Part shown: positions 1-12,800 of the stretch, piece by piece
Position numbering within the stretch: position 1 is the stretch's first letter
Layout: each line of letters starts with the position of its first letter
From: Nymphaea colorata
Taxonomy: Eukaryota
Length of the DNA: 64,000 nucleotides
Assembly (NCBI RefSeq): GCF_008831285.2
Contig: NC_045138.2
Location: 15,996,001 to 16,060,000 of the forward strand
Reading direction: 5' to 3'
Program-made: the position numbers and the translations under genes
Notes under the pieces: generated by a model
The model's database searches: none
Told to the model about the DNA's origin: nothing
Seen by the model: the letters and a program-made list of their open reading frames with translations, nothing else

Positions 1-2746
1 CTGAGCCCACAATCGCAACGGAGCGAACCGATCTCAGAAGACGGAGCGAACCGGTAGCATCACCGCCATCAGTATCGGTTTGACCCGTCCGTGTCGACTA
101 TTTCCCCTTTTTCATTTGAAAACCATTTCAAAGTATTTATAAAACAAATAATATATTTAATATCTCAAGCCCATATCGACCAGCGTCACTTCAGTTCATG
201 GCAGGCACAACAACCACTTTTAAGTTTTTAAATACCAATTTGTTTGGAAAGCACAAAAAAACAACTCTCGTTACTATCCTACGAAAAAGTGAACTTAATT
301 TGTTATCATTGGAACTGTATTAAATAATAATCAACTTCAACACAATAATCGAACTGATACTGTATCTTTTACCTCAGACAATATTAGGTCCACATCCAGC
401 TTTCAGTGTACCAGCAAAATTTTGAAGCTCCTCCACCGACTAATCTCCATGTGACTGGTCTATCGTGAGAGTGGAACAGAGAAAAAGCAATTGCTTTAGA
501 AAAATGTAAAAGATAAGCTTCAGTGCTTCACGGGATTCATTTCTCGTGAGAGCTTTGAACCTGAAGTTCATTGGTTGGGGACAAGGGTCGTGGTGCATAT
601 AACAGGGTTTCATTTGCATGCATGGAAGTTGCTTCACAGAAGGCCGCATCTTCAGTATCTTTTTAATAACGGAGTCATCAGACTCATCCTCCAACCCCAA
701 CACAGGCCTGAACCTAGGAGAGACATAAAGAAATCAGGATGCTTCAGCATGGGTAGGTAGTAATCCTCTCCCTTACCTGAATACAGAGGAACAAATAATT
801 AAAAAATATATGTAGATTCGGACAATCTAAACATCTTGATTGTTGGAGGATCGAACCGGTTTGGATGAGACGCCAAGTCCTGGGGCTCATTTTTTCTGCC
901 AAAACAAGCTCTTTTTTGAAAAAGAAATGATTGAAGGAAAGACTCGGTCTCCGACTTGGATTTAAGTTTTAACATCATTCAAACGGGTAATCACTGATTG
1001 AGGCAGTCTTGAAACGCCAACCGAACATAGCTGCACGAGCATATGTAAAAAAGAGGCACTGAGAGACGCTTTAAATCCAGGACACGAACAAGCATCATTC
1101 TGTTCAATTAAAGGCAGTTCCATGAAGAGAAACTGCTACAAATCACTTTTTGTCTAAAATTTCACCAACAGCGATGAAAATGAAAAATGAAATCCAATCT
1201 GACGATAGTAATAAGTTTATTCAGTAATTTGCATAACAAAAAATAGATACTTCCACATGATTTATGCCTACCACCTTCATCAGCTATAGAAGTTTATGGA
1301 ATCTGAAGCTCATAAGTTTTGTCTAACAGGATGACCTCTCTGTATTTCAATAAACTTAACCTCAAAAACACATCACAGAGACTGTAATGCCCAATGAACA
1401 TCATAGAGAGTCCAACAAATAAACCAGAACAAGGTGGATCACGCGCAAGAAATACAAAAAAATCCATGTAAGAATAGGACAATAATGTGCAGCAAACCCA
1501 TCTTTAGAGAGTATAACATGAAATAACAGAAGAAAAGAGAGAAACGAAATCAGATGCCGTGTGGGAATTGAATGCCACCACGATGGTAGCAACTGTTCCT
1601 GGACCTACCATGTTTTTGCCAGCAATGACAGGCGGACAGCGTTATTAAGAAAATAGCACCTCAACAGCGTCTGTACACTACTAATCAATTATGAGCCTAA
1701 CAACTAACTTTCCAATAAATATAACAGCAAATATTTGTTGAATTGAAGAGGGAGACGAAGGCCGCTGTGAAGGAGTGCCAGCGATAATAAAGGTACAATA
1801 TCTCGGGCACTAAAGATGAGGACTCTATAAGCTCAGCAAAGGAACTTCAAATAGCTGCGGGTTTTGCAGTATCCAAGGGAAAACCCGAAAAGCCAATCAA
1901 TTAATGTGGGATCTTGATGTTTAGAAAGCAAAGCGAGAAGTTGGGCTGCACTTACCAATTCTGGCGTGTACTCGGACTCTCTACATCGTGAAGGAGGGAA
2001 GACAAGCATAAAAAAAGAAATGGACTACCGAAGATGTAAACTGCATAGATAGAGAGAGAGGATCCACTGCCTTCGACAGTGCAAAACAAAATGAAGCTGA
2101 TTTATGTAAAATGACAATGTGAACCTAGGGGAGTAACTTTAAGCCAAAGAGCAATCAGTGAAGAGCAGAATAATCAGCATATGCTTACAGTACATAAAGT
2201 GCAATACTGCAGACAATAAAGACACATCTATCCCTGTCCAATAAGTACAAGTTCAAACTGATTCGCAATTACTCAAACAACAAAAGCATGTCGGGAAAGG
2301 GAAATTCAAAGCTTGAAATAAATCGCTACATGAATAACTCCGTCTGATGAACAAACAACTTCACAAGTAACTCAGGGAATAACAGTATGTTCCATCAATA
2401 CCAACGCAAGAGAAAGAACCTCGTTTTCGTGCTTTTTATAATAAAACAGAACAGAGTTTAAACCATTGACAAGAGAATTTTCGTTCCAGCACAGCCTTTA
2501 AATACATGGACACCAGACAGTTTTAGTAGCGCTTCAAATCACACCCATGAGCGATTAACCATTCACTCGTACAGTCATACATCAAATTCACTGCCACCAA
2601 AATATGAGTTTACAACTTAGATCTGTTAGAAAACTCCGATTATATGAAGATCCAACTTGCAGCCATTGACGTGTCAACATTGGCAGTAGTAGACTCCACA
2701 GAGACCATCCAGTAATTTCCAAGCGATAAAAGACTGAAGAATTCTT

Positions 2747-4255
2747 CTACCAGTAATCACCACAAGAACACTTGCCATCCTTGAAATGATGAAACCGCTT
2801 ATTGTCTCTCACAATGAGCTCCCTTCCAACGATTTTAGACATGATTTTGATAGCATTGTGGCAATCACCGCAGATGCGGAGGTTCTTGATAATCCTCAAG
2901 GGAGTGTTAGCCGGAGTACTGATAAGTCCATAAGCGATGGCCAGCCTCTCGCTATGGTAAAGCAAAGCCTGCTCCTTGGCTTCCTGATCAATATCATGGA
3001 GGACGTATCTGGTGTCCGGCACGTAACCAGCTTCCTTCATCTGTGAAGCCTCGGGCTTTTGAATTAAGGGAGCTCGAAATTCGTTCAATTTGTAATTGCC
3101 CTCAATCATGTTAAGACCAGTTCGCCTTCGCGTCATTAATGGCTTCACGTCGGGCTTTGGGGTTATCGCCGGGATGATGGTCGGCTTCGGCTTCACTTTT
3201 GAAGGATCTATCACAAGCAAAAACTCTTCAATACGGTCCTCCCTCTCAGTATCACCTTGCATTCTTGCAAAGTGCATCAAAGCCTCCCACACGTTGCTAC
3301 TCGGTTCAACTGGCATCCTCGCAATGAACTCCTCCGCTTCGTTTAAGTGTCCAGACGAACCAAGAACGCCCACCAAGCCCACGTAATGCTCATCGCCGGG
3401 AACGATCCCATAGTCCTTGGTCATAGATTCGAAATGTATGAACCCTTCCTCCACAGACTCCAGACTCGCGCAGGCAGCCAAGACCGCAACGTATGTCTGG
3501 CCGTCAGGCCGCCCACCGGCCTGCCTCAACTGCTTAAACATCTGAAGCGCGTCTTCTCCCTGCCCATTAGCTGCGAACCCCTTGATCAAAAGGTTCCAGG
3601 ACTCCAAATTCCTCTCGGGCATTCTGTCAAACATTTGGCGAGCATCGGCCATGCTGCCGCATTTACTATACATATCGATCAACCTGTTGTTGATATAAAC
3701 GTCGTGCCTAAATGGGGTTCTTAGAAAATGATCGTGGACCCTTTTGGCTTCCTCTACTGACTTCGCACCCGCACAGCCCTCGATCAACGCCAAGAAAACG
3801 CTGGGCTCAATGCGAACTCCTTGCCTCTCCAAACTGCTCAGTAACTGTGCAGCCTCCTTCATCTTCCCCTCTCTACAAAACCCCAATAGTGTGTCGACGT
3901 TTCCCTGAATAAGAGGCTCCTCGACAGGAGGTTGCCGAGCGGGAGCAACCTGATTGACATTCGTGACTGGGCTTCCCCTCTGAATAGGCTGTGGCCGGTA
4001 ACCACCACCTCTTGGTGGTCCGTATTGGTTGCTGGGTGGCCTCTGATAGCTGTTTGGAACGGCCGATGTGCTCAGACATCTTACAGAGAGACTCCGATTG
4101 TGAAACGAAGGGAATTTCTTGGAGACGCTATTCAGATGATTGAGACTCAGGGAACGAAGGAGAAAGATAGACGAAGAATTTGGAGTCCTCGTCCTCAAGA
4201 TCGAGGCGAGCATCGTCGCTCCTGCACGTTGAATCCCTACGAAGGAAGAACTCAT
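2747..4255 (-). CDS. DYW2: PLS-class PPR protein with DYW deaminase domain, DYW2 (At2g15690)-like organellar RNA-editing factor, 502 aa, intronless CDS
   Basis: Ser/Arg-rich transit peptide, then a Gln/Pro/Gly-rich linker ([14 protein letters not shown]...), only a few PLS repeats and a degenerate E region. The C-terminus [33 protein letters not shown]...[10 protein letters not shown]...[20 protein letters not shown] carries intact HxE and CxxC Zn ligands and closely matches my recollection of Arabidopsis DYW2. Confidence 0.93.
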   Translation of the reverse strand: MSSSFVGIQRAGATMLASILRTRTPNSSSIFLLRSLSLNHLNSVSKKFPSFHNRSLSVRCLSTSAVPNSYQRPPSNQYGPPRGGGYRPQPIQRGSPVTNVNQVAPARQPPVEEPLIQGNVDTLLGFCREGKMKEAAQLLSSLERQGVRIEPSVFLALIEGCAGAKSVEEAKRVHDHFLRTPFRHDVYINNRLIDMYSKCGSMADARQMFDRMPERNLESWNLLIKGFAANGQGEDALQMFKQLRQAGGRPDGQTYVAVLAACASLESVEEGFIHFESMTKDYGIVPGDEHYVGLVGVLGSSGHLNEAEEFIARMPVEPSSNVWEALMHFARMQGDTEREDRIEEFLLVIDPSKVKPKPTIIPAITPKPDVKPLMTRRRTGLNMIEGNYKLNEFRAPLIQKPEASQMKEAGYVPDTRYVLHDIDQEAKEQALLYHSERLAIAYGLISTPANTPLRIIKNLRICGDCHNAIKIMSKIVGRELIVRDNKRFHHFKDGKCSCGDYW

Positions 4256-4271
4256 CTCTCTCCCTCTGCCA

Positions 4272-4279
4272 AAACCCTA
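4272..4279. promoter_or_regulatory. telo-box (AAACCCTA) just upstream of DYW2 start codon
   Basis: Exact AAACCCTA about 17 nt upstream of the minus-strand ATG at 4255. Confidence 0.55.
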
Positions 4280-4981
4280 GGAAAATGAACGCGGGGTTAA
4301 GCGATCAGGTCTTATTGGCGGTCGAGGGCTTCCCTTTGGGGTTCTCGTGCCCCTGAAATTGCTTTTTCTCAACCCCTCCTTTGTTTCGAGTAGTTTCCCG
4401 TTTAAACCTCTAATTTTGCCCAGTACATATATTAAATGTGTTCTTCCCTATTAAAAACAAGATTGACGGCTTTAACAATTTGGGATAGTGCCGCCATCCG
4501 GTGGATCGCGCATCGACCGTCTGATTTCTTAAAATCAATTATTATGTCTACCTTTATACAAACGATGATATCACGGATGTGATAACGTAAATAATAACAT
4601 GCATCTAATAACTTACTTTTATTAAAATCGGTTCCAACGGAACCAATGGTATATCAGTTTTATGGTCGATTGAAGAGTGTCACGCATCAACTTTTCATTT
4701 TAATATACATTAAAGATATAATTTTATGTTTATTTGAACGAAAGGCTTTCAATTTTTTTTTTTTCCGATTCACAATGCATTCATTTGAATTAATATAGCT
4801 GACTTATCAAATCCACTCCCCACTAATTTGGTTTGCAAATCGGTACAGCATTCTGGTTGTGTTTCTTCCTTTTTCAATAAACCAAAATTTATGATAAATT
4901 GTTTTTTTGACCATTTTTTAAACATAGTTTGTATATATGACAAGATAAAAACTATGTTTTTTTATAAATAACATAGGTGTT

Positions 4982-5416
4982 TGTAACGCTCCAAAAGTTT
5001 AGTCTCATTCTCAATGACTTATAAAATGGGTAATTAATGAGATGATTGTCATGGTTCATACTCTTTTTAAGATTTGAGTCGAAACTGCTAAAGAGCGAAT
5101 TGGGATTCGTCAAACTATAAGTCTGTGCCAATGAGTGGGTCGGGTTGTTATAGTGATGTCATAGCAGTTTCAACATTCGGACCTATGGTTACACACATGC
5201 CAACGCGTGTGCTTTAAGGAGGTGGATTGTAACAGCCCAAAAGTTTAGTCCCGTATTGAAGATTGTGAGATATCTTCAATAACTTATAAATAAGATCATT
5301 AATGAAATGATTGTCATGATTCATAACTTTTTTGGTGTTGAAATCGCAATTGGTAGGGTGCAGGTTGGAATCCATAAAACCAAAAGCCTGAGTCGAGAGT
5401 GGGTCGGGTTATTATA
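4982..5416 (+). mobile_element. TRIM (terminal-repeat retrotransposon in miniature), complete but diverged
   Basis: Two direct repeats, 4982-5152 and 5228-5416, both start TGTAAC..CCAAAAGTTTAGTC and end GAGTGGGTCGGGTT(G/A)TTATA. The 75-bp internal region has a degenerate tRNA-Met PBS (GTGATGTCATAGC vs TGGTATCAGAGC) and a PPT (AAGGAGGTGGAT) abutting LTR2. Flanks GTGTT/GTGGT match at 4 of 5 TSD positions. Confidence 0.85.
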
Positions 5417-6687
5417 GTGGTTGGTTATTCTCTCCGCCCCATTTCTACTATCCCTAAACACATCATACTGTAGTTAAATTTATCTAAATCAAGTTTGTCC
5501 TCGTCCAAATTACTGTCTATTTTTTTGTCGTAAGTTGATTGAGCTCGTGCCAAACTTGTCTATTAAGTTTAGTGCGGGCCAAATGCATGTAAGTGCACAT
5601 TATGATCAAGGCAACCCAAATGTTGGAACACACCTATGAAAGTCGTAGTAGTCCACGACTTGTACAGTTAAAAATGGTTTCATTTAATGTGTCGTTAATC
5701 CCAATACATATTGGCTCGTATCAACCGATTTTTCCACTCTGATGTTGGGTTAATGTGAATATATCTGCTCAAAAATTTATAAAAACATATTATTGTTTAA
5801 TATGTCAAACAGTCGTATATGCAAGTTGCATGTGTGTTGTGCCGGTATTAAAAATATCGTTTGAAACAAAACCATAAGCCAAACTTGTCAATGCCAATAT
5901 CAATTCAGACTTCGCAGCAGTTCTATTATAACTAGCATAGTGTTGTTTTTCCCTTGCAAGCATTTGGCGGCTTTAATATGCAATTAAAACGATTGTTTTG
6001 CCACACGCTGCTACACATAAGATCCTGGATGTGCTAATAAACATCTTGAAGCCATTCCTATTCATTTTAACTTAAATTACAGCCCATTAAATGTTTATGT
6101 CGTTTATTTGGAACTTTTTTTTATTTTGTGTTTAATTGGGACGTTCTTTTTTTACATAACTCTTAAGACCATATGCTTATGTCCTTAAAGTTTCATGTTC
6201 ATAATATAATATATTGTTAAACTCGAATATTATGTTTGCCATCGTTTGCAGCTTAAAGAAACAATACACTTAAGTGTAAATAAGGGTCACGAGATTCAAA
6301 CGCCTCTATAACCGTTTGCATCCTTGCCGAGTAAGCACGACCAGACCAGGCCTCCCGCGCGGACTCACAGGTCCGCGCCTGGATCTCAACTCGGTCAAGA
6401 CTCTGAACCGAGCTCGTCGTTTCGTCGGGGGTTGGCTTCGTTCAAGCGGTAAAGAAAGATTAGAATTAGAAAGAAGGGTTGAAAATGGCATCGACTTGCT
6501 CCCTCCATCCCTCCGCTTCGCGGGCGTCTCCTGGCGCCATTGTTTCCCCCTCTACTTCCACTTCCCGGCCAGTTTCTTAGTTTACCGCTTGTTTGGCTTC
6601 CACCATCCGATAATTGCCAACCCTAACTGCACTCGTCTTACTCTCTTCCCCCAATTCCCCTCCTCCCGTTGGCCAAGTTTCGAGAAT

Positions 6688-6799
6688 TAGGGTTTTTCAT
6701 CCGTCGAGCTCGCTGGCAGACCATCGCCGTGCCCTTTATCGCGTTCGGTTGAGAATACTATGCCTGTCCCTGTGGAGAAATGGGGGTAGCATTTCCCGC
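6688..6799 (+). promoter_or_regulatory. telo-box (TAGGGTTT, 6688-6695) and E2F-type site (TTTCCCGC, 6792-6799) in PDS5B 5' region
   Basis: Exact motif matches upstream of ATG 7044. E2F sites are plausible for a cohesion gene, but short motifs occur by chance. Confidence 0.4.
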
Positions 6800-7043
6800 T
6801 TGTTGGCTTTGTTTTTTGTTCCTCCACTCTGGAGTGGAAGCTGTCGTTCCCTGAACTCGATTTGATTTGTCCGCTGGGTGAATCGAGGTACTGAAGGTGT
6901 GTTAGACTCTGCTCCGCGACTTCTGCTTTAGTGACGTTTTCTGCCTTTGTTTGGTTCGTTCCCGTTTTTCTTTTTCCTTTTTCCGGCGAACTTATTTGGT
7001 GAGGGGCTTGGTGTCTGTGAGTGTTGTAGTTGGTACTTCTTTC

Positions 7044-9717
7044 ATGGCCACCACTGCCTCGGCCGAGCGTACGGTCTCTGAAGTGGGGAAGCGCCTCTCT
7101 CAAACCAGGCTGAACAAGGATGCGCTCGTCAAGCTGCTCAAGGTTCGTACAAAATGCTGCCTCTTGTTCACGTCCGTCTCTATTCGAGCGTTTGTTTACG
7201 TGCATGTGTGTATACGCGCGCATACATGCCGGCTTGTGTATGCGTGTTAGGTGCTAAGTGCTTTGCACTGTATGTGGTGGTTGGTGCGTGTACATATGTC
7301 TGCTTTGCTGGAAATTTCTTTTGTCTGTTGTGATATGTAAGGATCTCCAAGATCCAAATGCTATTGCGTGTCTGTTTTGCACCTTTCATCCTTATTTGTC
7401 TTCTTTTATGCTCTACAGTGTTAGATATATTGCTTTTTTGGAGCAAGGATTTTGTTTTGCTGTTTTCTTATTTGCCCCGTTCATCATATTCTAATGAGAA
7501 TCAGTGGAATGGCGATTTTGAAGAAATCGTTTTATTGAAAAGAAAGGAGCGAAACCTTATGGGGTCATGTGGAAAATTAGGTCAATACTTGGAGAGGTCC
7601 GAGAGGAATATCAATGTTGTGGATGGTTGAAGAATCTGGTTGGAAACTGCAAAAGGGTTGTGCACGAGAGTTGAGATGTTCAGGATTGACTTACTTTTGT
7701 GGCATCTGATGGGAGTTTCAAGCTCATGAAGCGATTGAACTGGTCCATTTTCATGAAAACTCATTGACTTAGGCTGAATGCAATACAAGTTCAGTGTTCT
7801 GGATTGATTGAGGCACTCAGTCAAGCTGAAACATGAACATGCTTCCCTGTGATTCGTGATGCTATAAGAAAACGGGATTGCACACTTCTTTGAAAGTCAC
7901 ACTTGTGAACAATCTCTCTGACATTGACTCCCGGGCTACCAAATACTTTATTCTAAAGATTTTTGAATTCATTTGAAGGTCAATTTCCTCTAATGTTGCC
8001 TGTTAGACTAATAGATTGAAAATAAATTGCAGATTATTTAGTGAACTTATATTTGGATTAGCTGAGACAAGAATTTAGATTAATAGGCAGCACACAGAGC
8101 TTAGCATATGAGTTCAAATAAGTTATTTGCAATCTTATAACACGTCTATTCAGGAGCTGCTACTTTAGTTTCCATTGTCCAAACCTTGTGTTGTTTTTGA
8201 CCAGATATCTGCTACTCCTATTTCCTATCTCTTAACTTTTTTGTTTTGCCTGACTAGGGCTCCTCTCATCTTGAAGGGGCGGTTAATGAAAGTCAGCTAG
8301 TTTATAGAATGTCATGAGCTTAAAAATCACAGTGAGTGCCCTTGATTCTTGGGCTCTGGTGGGTGGGGGATGTTGAAAGATGGGGTGAAGGAGGGATTTT
8401 GCTAAGACATAGAAATAATCTGGGATTTGTTTAGTTGTTAAACAGACTTCCTTCACAGCATCATTTTATGGATTTCTGCCTTTAAGAGCAAGTAAGGTAG
8501 AAAAGGGTTTGAAGCAATTATTATGTTGGAGATGTTGATGGGCTTTGTTCCATATGAGCTATAAACCTGTCTCATGTTAATGTTGGTTGCCATATGATAC
8601 ACTAGGTTCCGTGTTGATCTTGAGCCACGAACTTCTGTATACGAGCATATTTAATTTTCTGAGTTGGATAACTTCATAGATCATACTATATTCCATTCTA
8701 TGGAAATTCTTACTCTCTGGCCATTGAACTTGCTGTGCAAAAGACTTGGTAAGAAGGTCTTCTTTGTGTGACTTGATTGTTTTTATTAGGCTTATTGTTG
8801 CCACTTTTTGCGTGCTTATATTTAATGAAAACTACTGACGTATAACTGGCATTGGGTACTGATAATTATTACAAACATTCTATATACTATCTACAGCAAG
8901 CTGCGGATGCTTTGTCAGAATTTCTTCAGTCCCCATCTCTCCAATCTGCACTGGAACCTATATATGATTCCATTGTTCGGCATAATTATCTTCGTCATAA
9001 AGACAAAGATGTCAAGCTTTTGGTTGCTGTGTGTTTCAGTGAAATTATTCGAATCTTGGCCCCAGATCCTCCTTTTAGTGATGCATTGTTGAAGGTATAT
9101 GCTCTTCTTTACAAAATCCTTCCATACCAATTTGTAGTCTATCCTTTAGTCAATCTTAGTCAAACATGTGCTGGCTCTTGGTTGTCATGAAAAATGGTTT
9201 TTTCTTTTGCACATAAATTTACCTATTCACCACCATGCCCAGCGAGGACAGATTTGACATTTTTATGGGCAAAAGTTGGGAAGATTGGAAACTGTACTAC
9301 TGAATCTTCTCAATTTGGGAAGTTTTGAATAATTTCATTAGCGAGCAAGCTTTTCTTGATTTTTTGCTTTTGCATGAATTTACATTTGATTGTATTGGCA
9401 TAGAACAAAACATAACTATTGTTTGATTTTTTTGAGTTCTTCAGGATATTTTTAAACTTTTCATCGGCACATTTGGTGAACTTGCTGATACTGCCAGTCC
9501 ATACTTCACCAGAAGGGTAAAGATACTTGAGACAGTTGCAAGAGTCAGATGTTGTGTGCTAATGCTGGATATTGGGTGTAATGACTTGGTTCTTGATATG
9601 TTTAATGTTTTCTTCTCCGTGATTAGGTAAGATTATCTACATTTTATATTATTCTGCGGCTTTTGATCATTTTCTGTTGATCTCTGAGTACTTGCAACAG
9701 ATTTGTATGTGTTTCTC

Positions 9718-9805
<88 letters not shown>

Positions 9806-12800
9806 GAGTCAAATTCCTTTTTCTTTTACATGCTTTTTTGAAGTGATTGTTAAAAACTAATTCTCACCTTGGGAATTGGGATGGATTTTTCTATGTACCA
9901 TCAGCTTACTACTTTTCCAGCGAAATCATTGATTTTGATAAAAAAGACGAATCATATCCCTAATACATTGTGATTAGGTAACCAAATGTTTGGAAAGAGT
10001 GGGCAGCCTTTCTTCAATTTGTAATCTATTATAATGATAAAGTGCTTATAACAATGGCCTAGACAGGTCAATGGTTTTTTAAATGTGAAAAAATGTTTGT
10101 GAATGGTATACAGCCGGTTATGTTTTTAAAAGTAATTACAAAGTTCTTTGATGCGGCCAGCAGACTAAATCTGCAGGAGTCTTTTTGTGTCATTTATATA
10201 TTATATCTGCTTTCTAGTAAGTTAGAATCTTATATACTTCTGGCCGTATTGGATGAAGTGGAAGGTATTGTGAACAAATAGAAGCACGTGATTTCTTTTT
10301 TTTTTTTTTTTTTTTTTGGGGGGGGGGTGGGTGTTCCTTGGCGTATAGTAGGTGGACATAAATGTGCCAAATTTGAATAGGGCGAAGCTATTTCTCTATT
10401 TGACTATCACACTGTCAGGCTTGGATTTGATGTGCAAAGCACAAACAGAAATTGGAATTTTTCTTGTATCCTTCTTTGAATATCCATTGAAACCATTGAG
10501 AAAAGCCTAAACCAAATCTGAACTCACTTGTTTATTGGTTCGTTTTCTTTCACTAAATGTGATCAACTGGATTTACAATTGTAGTAGATGATGATAGGTG
10601 ACTCTTAACATCCTTAATGATACAAGATGAAATGGTGATTATACTAAGCCTCTGGCTTCAAGCCTATTTTTTTGGCACTGAAGTGCTAGTTTCTTTTCAC
10701 ACTGTACCTGGAACCTAGCTGAACTTGGCATCTTCGTGCAAGCTTGTAGCTGCATGGAAACATGCAACTAATGTGAGTTGAGAAGGGTCACTAGAAGGGA
10801 AACAATTTGTGCCCCTGATGTGTACTTGACTTGTCCACCCCTGTGAGGAAGCATTATTAGAAGATACAATGAATGTCTCAGGAAAGAAAAAGTTATCATT
10901 TTGTTCACTTTACTTGAGCTATTTTAATTCATTAAATAAAAGGAATGATGGTGGATGATTGTAGTTTGAAAATGCTTGGAATGGTGGAACTCACATTAAC
11001 AATTGAGGATGTTTGGTTGTTATTGAGCAATGTGTCTAATGATGAGAACTGATGTTGATAAAATGGATCTAATATACACAGATGTATGGCCTGTCAAACT
11101 GTTAGTGGTACGATGGTGGTGGAGGAGGCTATTACGTGTTTGTATGTTTTTGTAATTTATGTTGATCCATGTAGTGGCATGCAAATTATGTGCCTGGTGT
11201 TTCATCTGACATATTTGTGATGTTACAGTAACAAGCTTTTGCTATTTTTTCTGGTCGTTTTTCAAGCTCATGAGCTTCGTATTATTTAAGAAAACTTTAT
11301 TTATTTATTTATTTTGCCTGCAGAGATGAACATCCTCAAATTCTATTTCAAGGTATTTTGTCAATAATGACACTTATTTTGGAGGAGGAAGTTACACAAC
11401 CACTTTTGGATGTGATATTGCAAAATCTGCTGAAGGATGAAAAGGTTCTTTTCTTTTTTTGATGATATTGTTTAATTGGCATTTCACCATTTTGTGCAAC
11501 ACAGGTGACATTTGTTTTGTCAGTATATCTCCAATTTATCTTGTTGGTCTGTATGAATTTTTGGTGACTGAGTGGAGAGAAAATTCATCTGCAACTTATG
11601 GTTTTGAAGCCAACACTACATGTTCCTTAAAAGATATTGATGGAATTAGAAAAAGAAACCTGGAAATGTTTTATCAATTTGAGTTTGATCTAAACAAAGT
11701 ATTAGATTCATTAAACAGAACAAAACTGAGCATTTGCTTTATGAAGTAATACAAGCTATGATATTAGTACTTCACGATGTCTATCTCATAAGTGGATACA
11801 CTAAATTGAAAATTGTTTTATTTAGAATTTTAGAGAATTCTAAGGAATGAATATGCCATTTGCCACTTTTTCATATAAGAAGAAAATTTAGCCAGAACTA
11901 AGTTTACACATATACATATATGTGCTAATTCCAACCTAGTTGACGACAACATACTGGTTTAGCTGATTTTCAGAGAAATTGTTTACAATCTTCCTTTGTG
12001 TGTGAAGAACTGGGCTTAAATGGAAATATCTCTTGGTTTTTTGTGCTCTAACATCTCTCCTGTTGACTTGTACTAGATTGCATAGAATTAGTGAAAGGCA
12101 TTAGCTTGTGCATGCATACATTTATTTGGTATTCTGTAGCGTGTATCTGTCATTATTGTTGCTGCTGTTTTATCATTCCTTGTACTGTTTTTTTTAACCT
12201 TCTTCTGGTTAGCTAGGAAATGCACATGCTCCCGTTAGGGCCATTAAACGTGAATAAAACTGTCTTAAACATGTCTAATGATGATAACAAAAATTTATTT
12301 GCTTGCATTTGCATTTGTGATGGGGTGTCTGTTTCAGTATGCAACTTTGTAATTTTATGTATAAATACTGTGCAATTTTTTTGTACGACAGGTGTTGTTA
12401 TCTTTAACATTGTTAACTTTTCACTATGTCATTTCGTGGGTGTTAAACTTGTGCCTTTTCTTGTTACTGTCATGTAGGCTTCGTCTTTGATGAATGGGCT
12501 TTTGATTGATGTTTTTACGTAGTAGATAGAAGTTCAGGTTTTTAGATACTAACCCTGGATCTTGAAATGTTCATACTTGCAGAATGTGTCTCCTGCTTCC
12601 TACAGGCTTGCGGTCTCTGTCATCCAAAATTGCATGGAAAAGCTTGAGCCTTTTGTCCGAAGGTTCTTGACATCATCAATTATCGATAGAGGAGCTAGAG
12701 GCAGTGAACTTGGAGAAGTTTACCATGAAATTATTTTTGAAATTTTCCAGTGTGCCCCTCAGATGCTTCTTGCTGTGATCCCGAACTTGACACAGGAATT

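Noticed and set aside
18..53. Direct repeat ACGGAGCGAACCG x2 and other short duplications (29217, 63310) as CRISPR-like arrays
   Set aside because: Only two copies each, no spacer array, and a eukaryotic context.
440..703. 87-aa minus-strand ORF (LGLEDESDDSVIKK...)
   Set aside because: It starts at a non-ATG codon, has an in-frame stop just upstream and belongs to no family I recognise. It is more likely 3' UTR or intergenic sequence, although a terminal exon cannot be fully excluded.
2786..4288. Plus-strand ORFs antisense to DYW2
   Set aside because: Shadow frames of a real CDS.
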